DNA of 63,048 bases, filler included, from Globobulimina sp. (taxonomy: Eukaryota): NCBI GenBank assembly GCA_003354225.1. It is 31 parts of 31 records of this genome, joined end to end, with 100 filler letters (N's around TTAATTAATTAA, not from the genome) between each part and the next. Parts side by side here need not be neighbours in the genome. Positions count along the whole stretch, not along the records: positions 48,897 to 50,832 come from PIVH01010412.1; positions 50,933 to 52,868 come from PIVH01010413.1; positions 52,969 to 54,904 come from PIVH01010414.1; positions 55,005 to 56,940 come from PIVH01010415.1; positions 57,041 to 58,976 come from PIVH01010416.1; positions 59,077 to 61,012 come from PIVH01010417.1; positions 61,113 to 63,048 come from PIVH01010418.1; 24 more parts are not named here. One strand, written 5' to 3'. The position numbers and the translations under genes were made by a program. How positions within the stretch are numbered: the first letter of the stretch is position 1; each line of letters begins with the position of its first letter. Below the pieces are notes generated by a model. That model was not told the origin of the DNA. It was given only the letters and a program-made list of their open reading frames with translations, and searched no databases. Below are positions 49,000 to 61,149 of the stretch, in pieces.

Positions 49000-49752
49000 T
49001 AACAAAAATACTGGTTAATACTTATAAATTATGTTACAACAAATCACCAGTACTAAGTTCAGACAATGTTTCTTTTTGTTGCACATTGACAACTTGGTTT
49101 TTATTTTTTGAGGCTTGTGATCTGTTTTTGTTTCGTTGGTTTTTATTATTAGGAATATCATAAACCCCTTGTTTCATATATAAAGGCGTTGTTTCTTTAT
49201 CTGGAATATTCACCGATGACTCTGGTGTACCATACACATTATCTCCCCGATCAAACCATGAATGTTCCCTTTCTCGATTATGAATTGTTAGAATTGCAAT
49301 TAGTGCGTGTTTACGGGATTGTGTCTGTGGGTTTGATTTCGTCACAGAGCTCAAAGGATAGACTGGCAGACATTGGGGTGCGTGGTGAGGCTGCAGAAAT
49401 ACTTATGTTCGAGATTGAGTGTTTGGAGGCGGTCATGACGTGAGTATTGTTCTTTCTAGTGATGGACTACAAAAACTCTAAGTTCAAAGATGGCAATAAA
49501 TGTGCAGAATTGAGAAGGAAATGGCAATAGGTTTGGAGAGGGAATATTGAGGAGTGAAATATAAACAACATATTAATTATATGTCTCGGAAATAAAAGTC
49601 TCTATCTGTCGAATCATTTATGCTCATTTATGAGAGTATACGCGTTCACAGCTTATTCTTATTTTTTTATCAAATGCAAAAGAAACCATTAAAATTATAA
49701 TTTAACATATTGTTCACAAATTTCACAAAAAAATAAAAAAATTCTTGTCAAT

Positions 49753-50727
49753 TTAGACAAACAAATTTGCCATTAAACTTCCAACAGTAAATACGACTGA
49801 ACACATTATTCCAGTTCTTGACACACCATTTTCTGCAGCTGTTGGTGCACTTGTTGGTGCTGGTGCGCTTGTTGGTACTCCTGTTTGTGATGTTCCTGGT
49901 GCACCCGATGGTGATGCTGTCGGTGCAGTTGTTTCTGATGTTCCTGGCGCATCCGATGGTGATGATGTCGGTACACCTGATGGTTCTTGTGTTGCTTCCC
50001 TTGTTGGTGCACCCGTTGGTGATGCTGTCGGTGCACCAGATGGTGCTTGTGTTGCTTCCCTTGTTGGTGCATCTGTTAATGTATCGTCACCACACGAAAA
50101 TATGATATCCAAAGAACGATTATTGTAACATGATACTTCACGTACACTACCAATTGCGTACGATTCATTCGAGATAACTGTGCCTGTACATGGATCGTCA
50201 AGATAATTGTCATACAATATCTCCCTGACTCCACCATTTTCACATATGTATTCACTCGATTTGAAACCATGGCTGTACGGTTCGACATTACAATGATCAA
50301 CAAACTTATACTCTGTCTTAAAATATACTCCAGCAGTGTCAGCAATATCAGTATCATGACATAATAAGTTTGGAATGTCACTTTGAAAGAGTCTTTTAGT
50401 GTACAATGCACAATCTTGCTGGTCACAGATCGCGGTTACATTATTGTAACTCAACTTAGATGCATCTTCATGATACTGGGGTACACCAGTGCAATCACTA
50501 TTAAAATACGTATCCCACCACACTGTGTAACCGGAATTACCATCACTTTCACAAATTACCTTCTCAGACATAGAGAGACCCTGTGAGCAAAAATTAATTG
50601 CGTCAGTGAATGATGTACCATAATAATTGTACTGGACATGATTACATGTCAACTGTGCTTTTGTGCCACTGGAACTGAACAACATAGCTGATACCACCGC
50701 TGTTGGCAATCTGCTGAACACATTCAT
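49753..50727 (-). CDS. Secreted or GPI-anchored Cys-rich surface protein with an APT/SPS mucin stalk
   Basis: Signal peptide, Cys-rich domain, APTREAT/APTASP repeats and a hydrophobic C-terminus. Confidence 0.85.
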   Translation of the reverse strand: MNVFSRLPTAVVSAMLFSSSGTKAQLTCNHVQYNYYGTSFTDAINFCSQGLSMSEKVICESDGNSGYTVWWDTYFNSDCTGVPQYHEDASKLSYNNVTAICDQQDCALYTKRLFQSDIPNLLCHDTDIADTAGVYFKTEYKFVDHCNVEPYSHGFKSSEYICENGGVREILYDNYLDDPCTGTVISNESYAIGSVREVSCYNNRSLDIIFSCGDDTLTDAPTREATQAPSGAPTASPTGAPTREATQEPSGVPTSSPSDAPGTSETTAPTASPSGAPGTSQTGVPTSAPAPTSAPTAAENGVSRTGIMCSVVFTVGSLMANLFV

Positions 50728-51050
50728 CTTTGGTGTTGTTTGTGTGTGTATGTCACTGTGTGGTGTGTCTTTTTTGTTGAAAATCAATTGTATGATTTGA
50801 GAGTGGGCTGCAGTTTTTTTTGCTAATTACTANNNNNNNNNNNNNNNNNNNNNNNNNNNNNNNNNNNNNNNNNNNNTTAATTAATTAANNNNNNNNNNNN
50901 NNNNNNNNNNNNNNNNNNNNNNNNNNNNNNNNATCTGACGCTGAAGTCCGGATGCTCTTATCAAGTGTAGTTCCAGAGAAATTCGTTGCACTAATTCTCA
51001 AGGGCGGTGGCCGGAGGGAAATTAATTCATCTGCATTTTGCGAGAGATCC

Positions 51051-51141
51051 TGACACAAGATGCCCTGGTGTAAGATGCCCTAAGTGCAAGAGGCCCCGGT
51101 GCAAAAGCCCTGATGCAAGAGGCACCGGTGCAAGAGACACA
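51051..51141. repeat. Degenerate ~15-bp tandem repeat (GGTGCAAGAGGCCCY, ~6 copies)
   Basis: ACAAGATGCCCT GGTGTAAGATGCCCT AAGTGCAAGAGGCCCC GGTGCAAAAGCCCT GATGCAAGAGGCACC GGTGCAAGAGACAC. Confidence 0.8.
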
Positions 51142-51463
51142 GTTACCAAGTAAAATCTGTGGGGAAAAAAAATTTAGAAAAAAAACTCAGAATTTGCCGG
51201 AAATTTCTTGAAAAAATTCTTGAGAATTTTCTGAATTTTTTAATTCCTATACAAATTCATTTAAATAAAAAAAAAAAAATTTCCAGAAATTTCTTCAGAA
51301 TTTTTTTTTGTCATTAATTTTTTTTCCATATCCATTCGAATGTTATCCATTTGACGAGTCAGAATGCTGAAATTTCATATATTGGCTTCCATAAATCGCT
51401 CTAATCTAAGACTCCGCTTTCAAGAATAAGATATGCAGGAATAAGATATATTAATATGCAATA

Positions 51464-51602
51464 CAGTAGTGTTCCCGAAAGATATACATACCAGCCCTGT
51501 CAAGGGATCGTATATTGACAGGTCCACCATTTTTTTATATATGATCGAAGGTAATTTATATATTCGGGGCTGGTATATGTATATCTTATCGGGAAACTAC
51601 TG
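51464..51602. mobile_element. Tc1/mariner-pogo-type MITE (139 bp, ~35-bp TIRs, TA target duplication)
   Basis: ta|CAGTAGTGTTCCCGAAAGATATACATACCAGCCC...GGGCTGGTATATGTATATCTTATCGGGAAACTACTG|ta. Confidence 0.85.
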
Positions 51603-51626
51603 TAAGGATATGTTTTATTCTGTTGT

Positions 51627-51785
51627 CGAAGCTTGCGGAGGACTTAATTAATAATTTCGCATATATTGAATATTACGAAGCTTGCGGAGGACTTATCAAT
51701 TGTTGTAAATGAAGTGTTGACAAAAAACGGAGGACTTAATTAATAATTTCGAAGCTTGCGGAGGACAGTTTATTGAATATTACGA
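51627..51785. repeat. Mosaic direct repeats of CGAAGCTTGCGGAGGAC(TTA)
   Basis: Copies at 51627, 51676 and 51750, with a partial copy at 51728. The intervening blocks ATTAATAATTTCG and TATTGAATATTACGA are themselves reused. Confidence 0.85.
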
Positions 51786-52261
51786 CTCTCTCGACCAAAC
51801 CACCTTATGCTTCAGACATAACTTGCGTGTAAAACACATTCCCCTTATGCTAACTCTGGCATAAAGTTGCGTGCAAAAAAGAGCACCTTTGCCTTAGAAT
51901 TGCAATAGACTAGTTTGAAGGAGCGTAGGTCCCATGTCTAGGGATTCTTAATTGTAATATCATGGTACTCAGGTCCTAGGACCCAATTTATATTGCGCAA
52001 TATAAGAACAACCCCATATCTAGGAAAGTACAGATTGAAAACACAGGTGTGTCCGCACATTGGCCTAGATGTAGCCTAATGTAGGTGCAAAAAACTTTAA
52101 AAAACTTAGTCAATCACGTAAACCTAAAAAGCCAAGTGTGGTAAACCTAAAAAGTCACGATGATTATTACAAAATAATGTAATGAAATTAAATAAAGAAT
52201 GATATAAAAAAAAAAAGACACCCAATGAAAAACTGCGCAATAAAACAATAAACAAAATTAT

Positions 52262-52868
52262 TTATTTTGTGAATAGATCTTTCTCATATTTTAATGTTGT
52301 GACCCAACACCACGCTCGAACCAAATCACGAACATTATCATCAATATTATTTGGTAAATCAGGATATGATGGAGCCATTATAAATGATTCAGAGGATGAT
52401 GTTACAGACATCTCTCTTGATGATGATGCTGATGATGCTGATCCAGATGATGTTGCTGTGGTTGCTAAAGAAGAAGGAAATTGTAAAGATGACATAGATG
52501 GCGCTTCAATTATTTGTGAATTTGAATCAGAACTAATCAATGACTGTACATGTTGTTGTTGTTGTTTTTGTTTTGCTACCTTCAAAAATAAAGAAGCAAT
52601 TTGTTTAATATTTGCATTTTCTTTATTAAATAAAGAATCAACATCTAATTTATCATCAAAACAGTCATGACATAATATTTGATATCCAATATCATTTAAA
52701 ATAAATTCAATCCAATCTTCAATAATTGAGTCATAACAATTTTGTATTAATAAATTTAATATCTTTGGATGGAATGGATCGAATTGTTTTGTCTTAATGT
52801 ACATTTTACGAAATTGTTGTAATGAAATATCAATTGTTTGTCGAAAATAAATATTTATTGTTGATGCT
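52262..52868 (-). CDS. Unknown protein, C-terminal fragment with a Ser-rich region
   Basis: Open from the contig edge to the stop at 52262. Confidence 0.55.
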
Positions 52869-53545
52869 NNNNNNNNNNNNNNNNNNNNNNNNNNNNNNNN
52901 NNNNNNNNNNNNTTAATTAATTAANNNNNNNNNNNNNNNNNNNNNNNNNNNNNNNNNNNNNNNNNNNNTTAAAGAACTTTTTGTCCCTCCCTTCCCTTCC
53001 CTTCCAATAAAAGCAGCTAGCTCTACAATAACTCTTACAAAACCCCAGAGAGAAAATAACTTCGTAATATTTTCCAGGGGGATAAATGCTTATAAAAATC
53101 AGTTAAAACACAATCTGAGCAGTGCGAGGTATTGCATATTTTTTATTTTATTTGTAATATGGAATAATATCAAACAATACACACTGACCATATAAGTCAC
53201 TCGTTTTCGACCTCATTCAATGATGTTTCCGAAACAGTTAACAGTGAACATCGAGAAATATCATATTCTTCGAATGGATATAAAAACATTAGTATTCTGC
53301 CAACACCGCTGCCGGAGTCAAATACAGCAATTACTCCTTTGAGGTATGTACGTCGTGCATACGATATAAAAGTGCGTATACATAATATTCTGCGCGTTCA
53401 TTTGTTGCTGTTTTTGAATATTATGTACAACGGACAAACAACGCTCGATTTATAACTGACATTATCTAATTTCTGCACTACCTTAAGTTATAAGGATAAC
53501 ATTCCAATCTACGATGAAGATGACATCCTGAATAAAGATTTTTTA

Positions 53546-54634
53546 ATGGACGAAAATACGCCAAAACCGCAAGATTTCCCTCACATTGATAATGACACAG
53601 ATGGCAGTGAAGAAGATCATGATTTTAAAATGAAGATATTGCTCAAACCCAAGTGGGCCGCACATGAGCCTCAATTGCAAGAATATGGACAACTTCCCAC
53701 TGCTGAATATTATGCGGCGCGCAGAGAGATATTGGACGATGTCGCATACTCTCAGAACATGCACATTCATAACCTATTCAGCAAAGACCCAGAACAAAAT
53801 AAAATGCTCAAACATCCTTTCGAAATGTTCCTCGACGATGTCAATCGACTCAAACAAACTGAAAACACAGCACTTGATATCTGCTATAAAAGCGATGACG
53901 AATTAGCACCGCCGTTATCTCAAATGCTATCTTTGTCCACTTTAGGTCCATCTGCCTCTGTTGTGGCTAATTTGGGCCCCGATGACAATGCCAATGCCAA
54001 TGGTACTGACTTCAAATGGAAAGTAGCTCCACCAACACAATCCATTTTGGCTCAGTTCAACCTGCAAACCAATAACAATTTGCTGTTGAAGGAAATAAAG
54101 AGATTAAGGGACATCGTCGCTGAAAATGCTCAACAAATCAAAAGTGTCAACCAGCAAAATGCTGCATTAAAGTCTGAAAATACTCGCTTGAAATCGAATA
54201 ATGACGCATTGAATGCAGTTGTTAAGCGATACAAAAACAAAACAATTGTGGGTAATAATCATAATTCATTCTCGCGTGGTGGTCCTGTAAAGGCTGCGAT
54301 GAATTGGAGCAAATCTGTGGATGCCATATCGAAAAATGTGAAGTTAGGAAAACAAGCTAAAAGCCATTCATTCGCAGTCGCCCAAGCGAACAGATTGCGA
54401 TATCGGAAAAGTAAAAAGAAAATCAACCGTTGTTTTACTTCTCCGGTTTCGCAGCCAATTGCTTCAAATTCAATATTAAGTTTGACTGAGTTTATGTTGC
54501 CTCATTCATCACAAATAACTGATGATAAAGCTCAATTATTTGATAATATGAGGTCTGGGAATGATGTGTCTGATGTTCCAATTAGTAATATGCATAAAAC
54601 AGGAGAATTAGCAATAAATTATTCTTCAAATTAA
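53546..54634 (+). CDS. Coiled-coil protein; additional upstream exon(s) likely
   Basis: 362-aa ORF with bZIP-like heptads (LKEIKRLRD..LKSENTRLKSNNDALNA). A donor-like GTATGT lies at ~53344. Confidence 0.65.
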   Translation: MDENTPKPQDFPHIDNDTDGSEEDHDFKMKILLKPKWAAHEPQLQEYGQLPTAEYYAARREILDDVAYSQNMHIHNLFSKDPEQNKMLKHPFEMFLDDVNRLKQTENTALDICYKSDDELAPPLSQMLSLSTLGPSASVVANLGPDDNANANGTDFKWKVAPPTQSILAQFNLQTNNNLLLKEIKRLRDIVAENAQQIKSVNQQNAALKSENTRLKSNNDALNAVVKRYKNKTIVGNNHNSFSRGGPVKAAMNWSKSVDAISKNVKLGKQAKSHSFAVAQANRLRYRKSKKKINRCFTSPVSQPIASNSILSLTEFMLPHSSQITDDKAQLFDNMRSGNDVSDVPISNMHKTGELAINYSSN

Positions 54635-55004
54635 ATGATTTTGGAGCAAATTAACCAAAGAAAGATATAGGTTCTCTGGTTTAGTATGATACTATTTATA
54701 GCACAAAAAATATATTAAATATATTAAAAAAATAATGTCTTAGTATAGTATTTTTATTTTCATACAAAAGTTGCCGATCCAATTAACTGTGTTTTGCACT
54801 AATATTTGTTTTTGTATTATAGTGAATATTAGTTGTTTGGATATGCATTTTGTTTTTGTTGAGTTGTGTACGTGTTATATTTATATGGGTTTACATATGA
54901 TATTNNNNNNNNNNNNNNNNNNNNNNNNNNNNNNNNNNNNNNNNNNNNTTAATTAATTAANNNNNNNNNNNNNNNNNNNNNNNNNNNNNNNNNNNNNNNN
55001 NNNN

Positions 55005-55579
55005 TGTGGACGCAATAATTGGAGCACTTTCTTGCTAAATAATAATAAAATGGTCATGGATAAACTTAATGCGATGATTAATAGAAACAGTACCAAATAC
55101 TCTGACAATCTGGAAATTTGTTGCAATATTATTAAGGATACAATATACATTATTTCACCGCAGAATATTAACACGAATAATAATATAATAAAATACAATG
55201 AAGTCGATGACAACTCATACCTCGAATACTTAAAACACAAATATAAGCGACCAAATATAACTAAATATGTGAACATATACGAATTAAATGCAAATGAATT
55301 TGATACTATTCTCAATGGAAGAAAATACGAATCCAACAATGGCATTGAAGATTTAAATGATATCATCACATGAATACAATCGCAAATAATACATCCTTGT
55401 CCTAGCGTAAAACTCAAAATCGAGGTGATTTGATAATACTTATTTGGTTTTGAATAGCTTTCTTTCTCGAGAATATTGGGACAATACAAATTTGTTAAAG
55501 TATCCAGCAACATGCACAATACCAAAAAAAATGATATCATCATGCAAACGAATATTATAATTTTTACGTCAGCATCCAT
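55005..55579 (-). CDS. 7TM GPCR-like protein, 3' partial
   Basis: Five TM helices. YLVIFGRLYLCFKYSRY parallels TM3 of 12461-13570. Confidence 0.7.
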
Positions 55580-55755
55580 GATATATCACTTGTGGAGTTT
55601 TGTAAGTTTCTTTTTTTATCGAGAAGGCATTGTGTTAAAATTAATGACAAAAACCACTTGAGGTTTACTCCAAACTCGTCCAAAATCATCCAAATGCGTT
55701 AACATTGCCCAACCTGCGTGTTTTTATTGTTTCTAATCTCGTCATTGCATATTGA

Positions 55756-56822
55756 ATGATGAATGCTAAAACATCAAAACCAACCAACATACATTGCTCA
55801 TATCCATCTGATGCGATAAACAACAATAACAATAATAACAAAAGTAATGGCAATAATAATAATTATATTGGTCAACAGCGTGGATTTCGTAACCTATATT
55901 CGAATCAAAATACAAAAAACATAAATTATATCAATGCACCTAAACGACAAAAATTGAACAATTCACAATATCAACTTAATCATAACCAGGCATTGGATAA
56001 TAGTACAAATACTCATTTACATACAAATTTATTAAGAAACATATTTGGTTCATTCCAATGCAATAATTCATTAAAATGTTGCACAAACACAATTGCAACA
56101 AACGACAATAAAAATGAAGTAATTTCTGCACATAATGGCCATGCTGAGATACCTGCATTGGATCCAATATCTGTATCACCAAAAACGGAACCAAACAGTG
56201 AGCAAAAAAGCAATCTTAATTTGCCAGCATTAAATGAAGAACATAGACATAGTCAACATACGGGAGATACTGATATACCATCATTCGAATTCATATATAA
56301 TAATAACAACAGCAATGATTATAGTTATTTTCCAGATTTTTGTAATGTTCGCCGCTTGAATCTATTGCTACCAATGCCAGGCACAGAAATAATGGATAAC
56401 ATTAATAACATTAATAATGATGACAACACTTTGCTATTTGAACCGATATCAGACATTCAATCGGCATCATGCCATCAATGCAAAACTAAAAAAGATATAA
56501 AAATTTTATTTTATTGCACAAAATCAAAGCCAAAGAAACACGTTGCTTATAAAACAAAATTAGTTAAATGTAAGAAAAAATATTGTACATCGTGTATGAC
56601 CAAATATTTTAACGATTGTGATGTGAATAAATTTAAAAAATATAAAGATTCAATGTATGTGTCATGTCATGTCATGTCATGTGTGTGTTTATATTCATAT
56701 TCATATTAATATATAGTTCATGGTCGTTTGATTGTCCATCGTGTCAAGGGGTTTGTACATGCGGAGCATGCAAAAGAAGAAGAGTTAAAAATCAAGCAAG
56801 CAAAACAACTCAACAAATTTAA
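55756..56822 (+). CDS. Asn-rich protein with a C-terminal zf-4CXXC_R1 (CDCA7-like) zinc finger
   Basis: SCHQCKTKK..C..CKKKYCTSC..YF. Splicing intron 56655-56716 adds WSFDCPSCQGVCTCGACKRRR. Confidence 0.82.
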
Positions 56823-57879
56823 TTTATTAATTAATTCTGTTTCATATTATACTCTTACTATGTAATGTTGCCTTTTACCCAAACACGGTTAATTTAGCAA
56901 AATCTATTTTTTTTGCCTAAAATTCAAAGTGACGAGAAACNNNNNNNNNNNNNNNNNNNNNNNNNNNNNNNNNNNNNNNNNNNNTTAATTAATTAANNNN
57001 NNNNNNNNNNNNNNNNNNNNNNNNNNNNNNNNNNNNNNNNTATATATATATATATATATATATTATTATACTTTGTGAATTTGTAGCAAATATTTTGGTT
57101 GGCTTTGATGGGCATTTAAAAATATGTGAAGCAAATAAATACAAATTGTATAGGAACATACTGCGAATAAGGCATTGCAACATACTGCGTCTAGTCAGCG
57201 AGAGGCAGAGATGTTCTCTCTCGCAATTATCTGGTATCGGTTATTGGGCAATGCGTTGAAAGAACAGAGTACAACAAATATATAATGATTAGACATGGAA
57301 AGAGATTAAACAACGGAACAGATTGTTGCAATGACAAAGCAAAGGAGGCAATTAAACAAATTAATGGAATGGCATATATTTTGATGAGGATGAAATAGAA
57401 AAAGTAATCGCTTACTTCAGGGATAATAAATGGCGTTGGAAATATTTCAAAGGCACAGATGTGCAGTTTGCGCAAGATTTGCTTCGATTGTTTAATACTT
57501 TAATGGAAATGGTAAAAATTGAGGTTGATCATGAAACAAATAATATAAAAAAATGCAAAATGAAAATGATACGAATACACATATTGATAATTATCAGAAT
57601 CGGAACATGGAACCATTAATTCCTTAAAATAATAAAGTTAGCGGACAAAAAAGGAAAATTGCTCAAATCGGGAAAAAAATTGCAAGCAAAGACGCAAAAC
57701 GTAGACGTTATAATTCAAGCTGATTTTTTTGATTTAACAACTTTTATAATAAAATATTATCAAACCATTCCTTTCAGACATCATAAAATAAAGGTTTGTC
57801 AACAGAAACAATCCTTTTTTTTTTCACTGAAAATTACACAAAAATCTACAATCTTCCTAGCCTTATTTTGCATCCTAAC

Positions 57880-58640
57880 ATGTCAACAACGCTTGATATT
57901 TCATCAATCGTTCTCTCTTCAAACCATATTAACAAGAATAGCAACAATATGCAAGAAGTACAACAAGGAGCGGATAGTAATAATACTGAAGACCGGTTAT
58001 CATTAAATATAGAATTTACAGACGATGAGTTATTATATAACACTCAAATTAATCAAACATCTCCCGGCCATGATAATTCTTCCTTAGATTCGATGGGAAA
58101 TATGGCCAAAATGCGATATCAATCCGAAAGACAAACTTCTATTGAAAAAATTGTAAATGATGTATTAATTCCTCCATTAAGCGATTCTTCGCCAAAAATG
58201 AATTATCATAATGCAAATTCAGGTACTTTTCTTCGTTTGTATCAATTTTTAAAAACGCAAACCAAACCCACAAAACCTAGCAGACCAAACCTTTTTTTTT
58301 GTTGCTTTTTGCTTTTTGTTCAGATGGCGCAGATAATGGGAACAATACAAGCGGCGACGATACGAGAAATTTACATTCGGTATCTCCCCCATTAGAAGTG
58401 TCCGATATTGATTTATCAAATATTTCTCCATTGTCCTCATTGCAACAACATCCGCAATCAAATATATCTCATCCATACTTCACTACATTAGACAACAGAA
58501 AGCAGCAACAATCGCCACCGCCGCGACGAGACACCAAAGCAGATAACGACTCCACTCTCGACGCAAAAATCAAATCCCCCATGGCACCGATCAACATATC
58601 CTCCAATTCAAATAAGCAAAGAATTCACTATTCAAATACG
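57880..58640 (+). CDS. Low-complexity Ser/Pro/Gln-rich protein, multi-exon fragment
   Basis: ORF pieces 57796 and 58299 joined through a probable intron ~58223-58323. Confidence 0.5.
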
Positions 58641-58729
58641 CCAAACATACTGTTTGTGTTTCTTTTCTTTTTTTTCCTATATATTATAGTTGGTTTGCAT
58701 GGTTTGCAAATATTGTTTTTTTTTGTATG

Positions 58730-58976
58730 ACGAACTAACTTTAGAAATAGCAGCGAATATGGCAATCCATAGGACTCCATTAAATATCAGAGCAATAAAC
58801 AGGGCAATGATTAAGCTAAAGGAGAAGCTGATATTAGTGTTTAATAATGATGGTAGAACTGCTATTATAGATGTGATTACACCACCACTTATCCCGATAA
58901 TAAACAAGCTCAAATATTCTCTGAAAATCATAGAATAGATATCTCTTTTACTAAACCCAAGTGCGGCAAGCAGTGA
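58730..58976 (-). CDS. Bacterial-type FtsX/MacB ABC transporter permease, C-terminal fragment
   Basis: Reads SLLAALGFSKRDIYSMIFREYLSLFIIGISGGVITSIIAVLPSLL, the FtsX-domain LxALGxxxxxIxxxxxxE..G..G signature. Confidence 0.75.
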
Positions 58977-59076
58977 NNNNNNNNNNNNNNNNNNNNNNNN
59001 NNNNNNNNNNNNNNNNNNNNTTAATTAATTAANNNNNNNNNNNNNNNNNNNNNNNNNNNNNNNNNNNNNNNNNNNN

Positions 59077-60129
59077 CACTGTAAATCTTTTTTGGCAATG
59101 CGAACATGCATATTTCCCATTATTTGTATGTATTTGATTTATATGACTTTTTAAATCACTTTTTTGTTTAAATGAATTGTCGCAATATGAACATTTAAAT
59201 GGTCTCTCCTTTGTATGTACTCGAATGTGATTATCCAACACGACTTTTCCCATAAATGTCTTATCGCAATACGTACATTTAAATTTACCATTATTTAAAT
59301 GAACAATGGTTTCATGAGAATTCAAATTAGAAGCATACTCAAACTGTTTATCACAATATTTACATTTAAATGGTTTCCTTTGGCCATGCTCAGTCCACAT
59401 ATGGATCTCATACACATTGAACCAAACTGCTTTATACTCACAAAGCCAACATTTATAATTATAATTTGTATGTCCGGTGGTATGCTGTTGTTTGTTTGCA
59501 ATAATATCCTCTTTTGCTTCCTCTTCGTCTGATTCTTCATTATTCACATTTTTATTATCACTTCTCTCTATTTCCATTGCTTTATGTCTTATGATACGCC
59601 TTTCATCATCGCCTTCACTCTCTGTCTCTTCGTCACTCAGATTATTAATATTCATATTGTTTGCAATTATATTTTCTTCTGTTTTTATAATAACCCTTTC
59701 ATTCGATGATGAATCATTTATGTCTTGTTTTCTTATTTGGTTGTCGGCATTTGCAATAATATTAATATTTTGTGGAGGTTCCATTTGAAAATAATTATCG
59801 TTCATATTATGTTTGTTTGCAATTTCATACATTTGTTGATATAAATTCTCACTTTTTCCAATTTTCTCAGCAAATAATTGTTTAACAACATCAATATATT
59901 TTCTTTGCAGTTCCTTAATGAGCAATGTATGTGCTTCGAATAATAAATTAAAATTATTCTTATATTCTTGTTTTATAATTTGATTATTATTTGTTTCTGT
60001 CTTTATCTTTGAATTAAGCCCACTAAGAAATGCGTTTTGTGTACATTCACAATTTGATACCATTTCTCTCAATTTATTTTCAATTAATGTCACATATTCT
60101 GCATCAAATTCATTATTTTTAGTCCACAT
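59077..60129 (-). CDS. C2H2 zinc-finger transcription factor, 3' partial
   Basis: At least four C2H2 fingers with linkers such as HTKERPFKC. Confidence 0.92.
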
Positions 60130-60362
60130 TCTTAATACTGGAAAAAGTTTTTTAACTCCTTGGAAAATGACAAAGTCAACGAAAACCATCAAAATAAAAA
60201 TATACAGATATTAAAACAATTGTAAACAAGGGAACACACACAAAATAAAATAGATATAAAATCAACGAAAGCATCAAAAAAAAATCGTAGATATTAAAAC
60301 ATTGTAAACATATACAAATTAAAATAGATACAAATTAAAATAGATACAAATTGAGACAAATA

Positions 60363-61012
60363 TTAAATGGAAGCCGTATGCATTCTAATTTGCTTTATAG
60401 AATTGAGATTTTTCTTGTTGAACAATCCTTGTTTAATCAGCAAATACATGACAACATCCATTGGTTCTTCATTCATTGCATCCTCTGATTCTCCCATTAA
60501 TCCCACCTCCAATATATGTTTCATCTGTTCATCCATTGCGGCTCTGCTATGCTGCGATCGTGCTCTCACCACATCAGTTTCATTGGTCATATCAACTGCA
60601 GACTTCTCCAAATCAATGCTTCCTAAATCAACAGAACAACCTCGCAACATTTTATGTTTACCACCCAAAGATTTTCCTCTTTCATGCATTAATTGCAAAC
60701 TTTGAATTGGAGTGGAGGGCATTTTCGTGCGTTGTCCGGTTGTAAGTAAACCCATTAAATTATCTTCTTTCTCCTCTCCAATATCAACACAAAGTGTCTC
60801 GATCACTTCATTTTGTTTGAATTTATCCAATTGATCAGGAAACGCAATTTTATCTTCATCAAAATCTATATATTTGGCAGACATTGACGATGAAACTTCT
60901 TTTTCCAGCAACAATTGCATATTTCCGCCATGATAATCGAGATCGGAAAAGCCCAGCAATTCCAATGCCTTTTTCACAATGTAATAAAATATGAAACAAC
61001 TGCTATAGACAC
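60363..61012 (-). CDS. Unknown protein, C-terminal fragment
   Basis: ORF of more than 200 codons open from near the contig edge. Confidence 0.55.
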
Positions 61013-61149
61013 NNNNNNNNNNNNNNNNNNNNNNNNNNNNNNNNNNNNNNNNNNNNTTAATTAATTAANNNNNNNNNNNNNNNNNNNNNNNNNNNNNNNN
61101 NNNNNNNNNNNNTGTTATCGGATGTATAATAAGTTAATAAGTACGGATT

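Noticed and set aside
51627-51785. CRISPR array
   Set aside because: Only 3-4 copies of 17-20 bp, spacers of uneven length that share sequence, no cas genes, and a eukaryotic context.
60190-60360. Short AT-rich tandem duplications (TACAAATTAAAATAGA, AGATATTAAAAC)
   Set aside because: Ordinary intergenic slippage repeats with no TIR or TSD structure.
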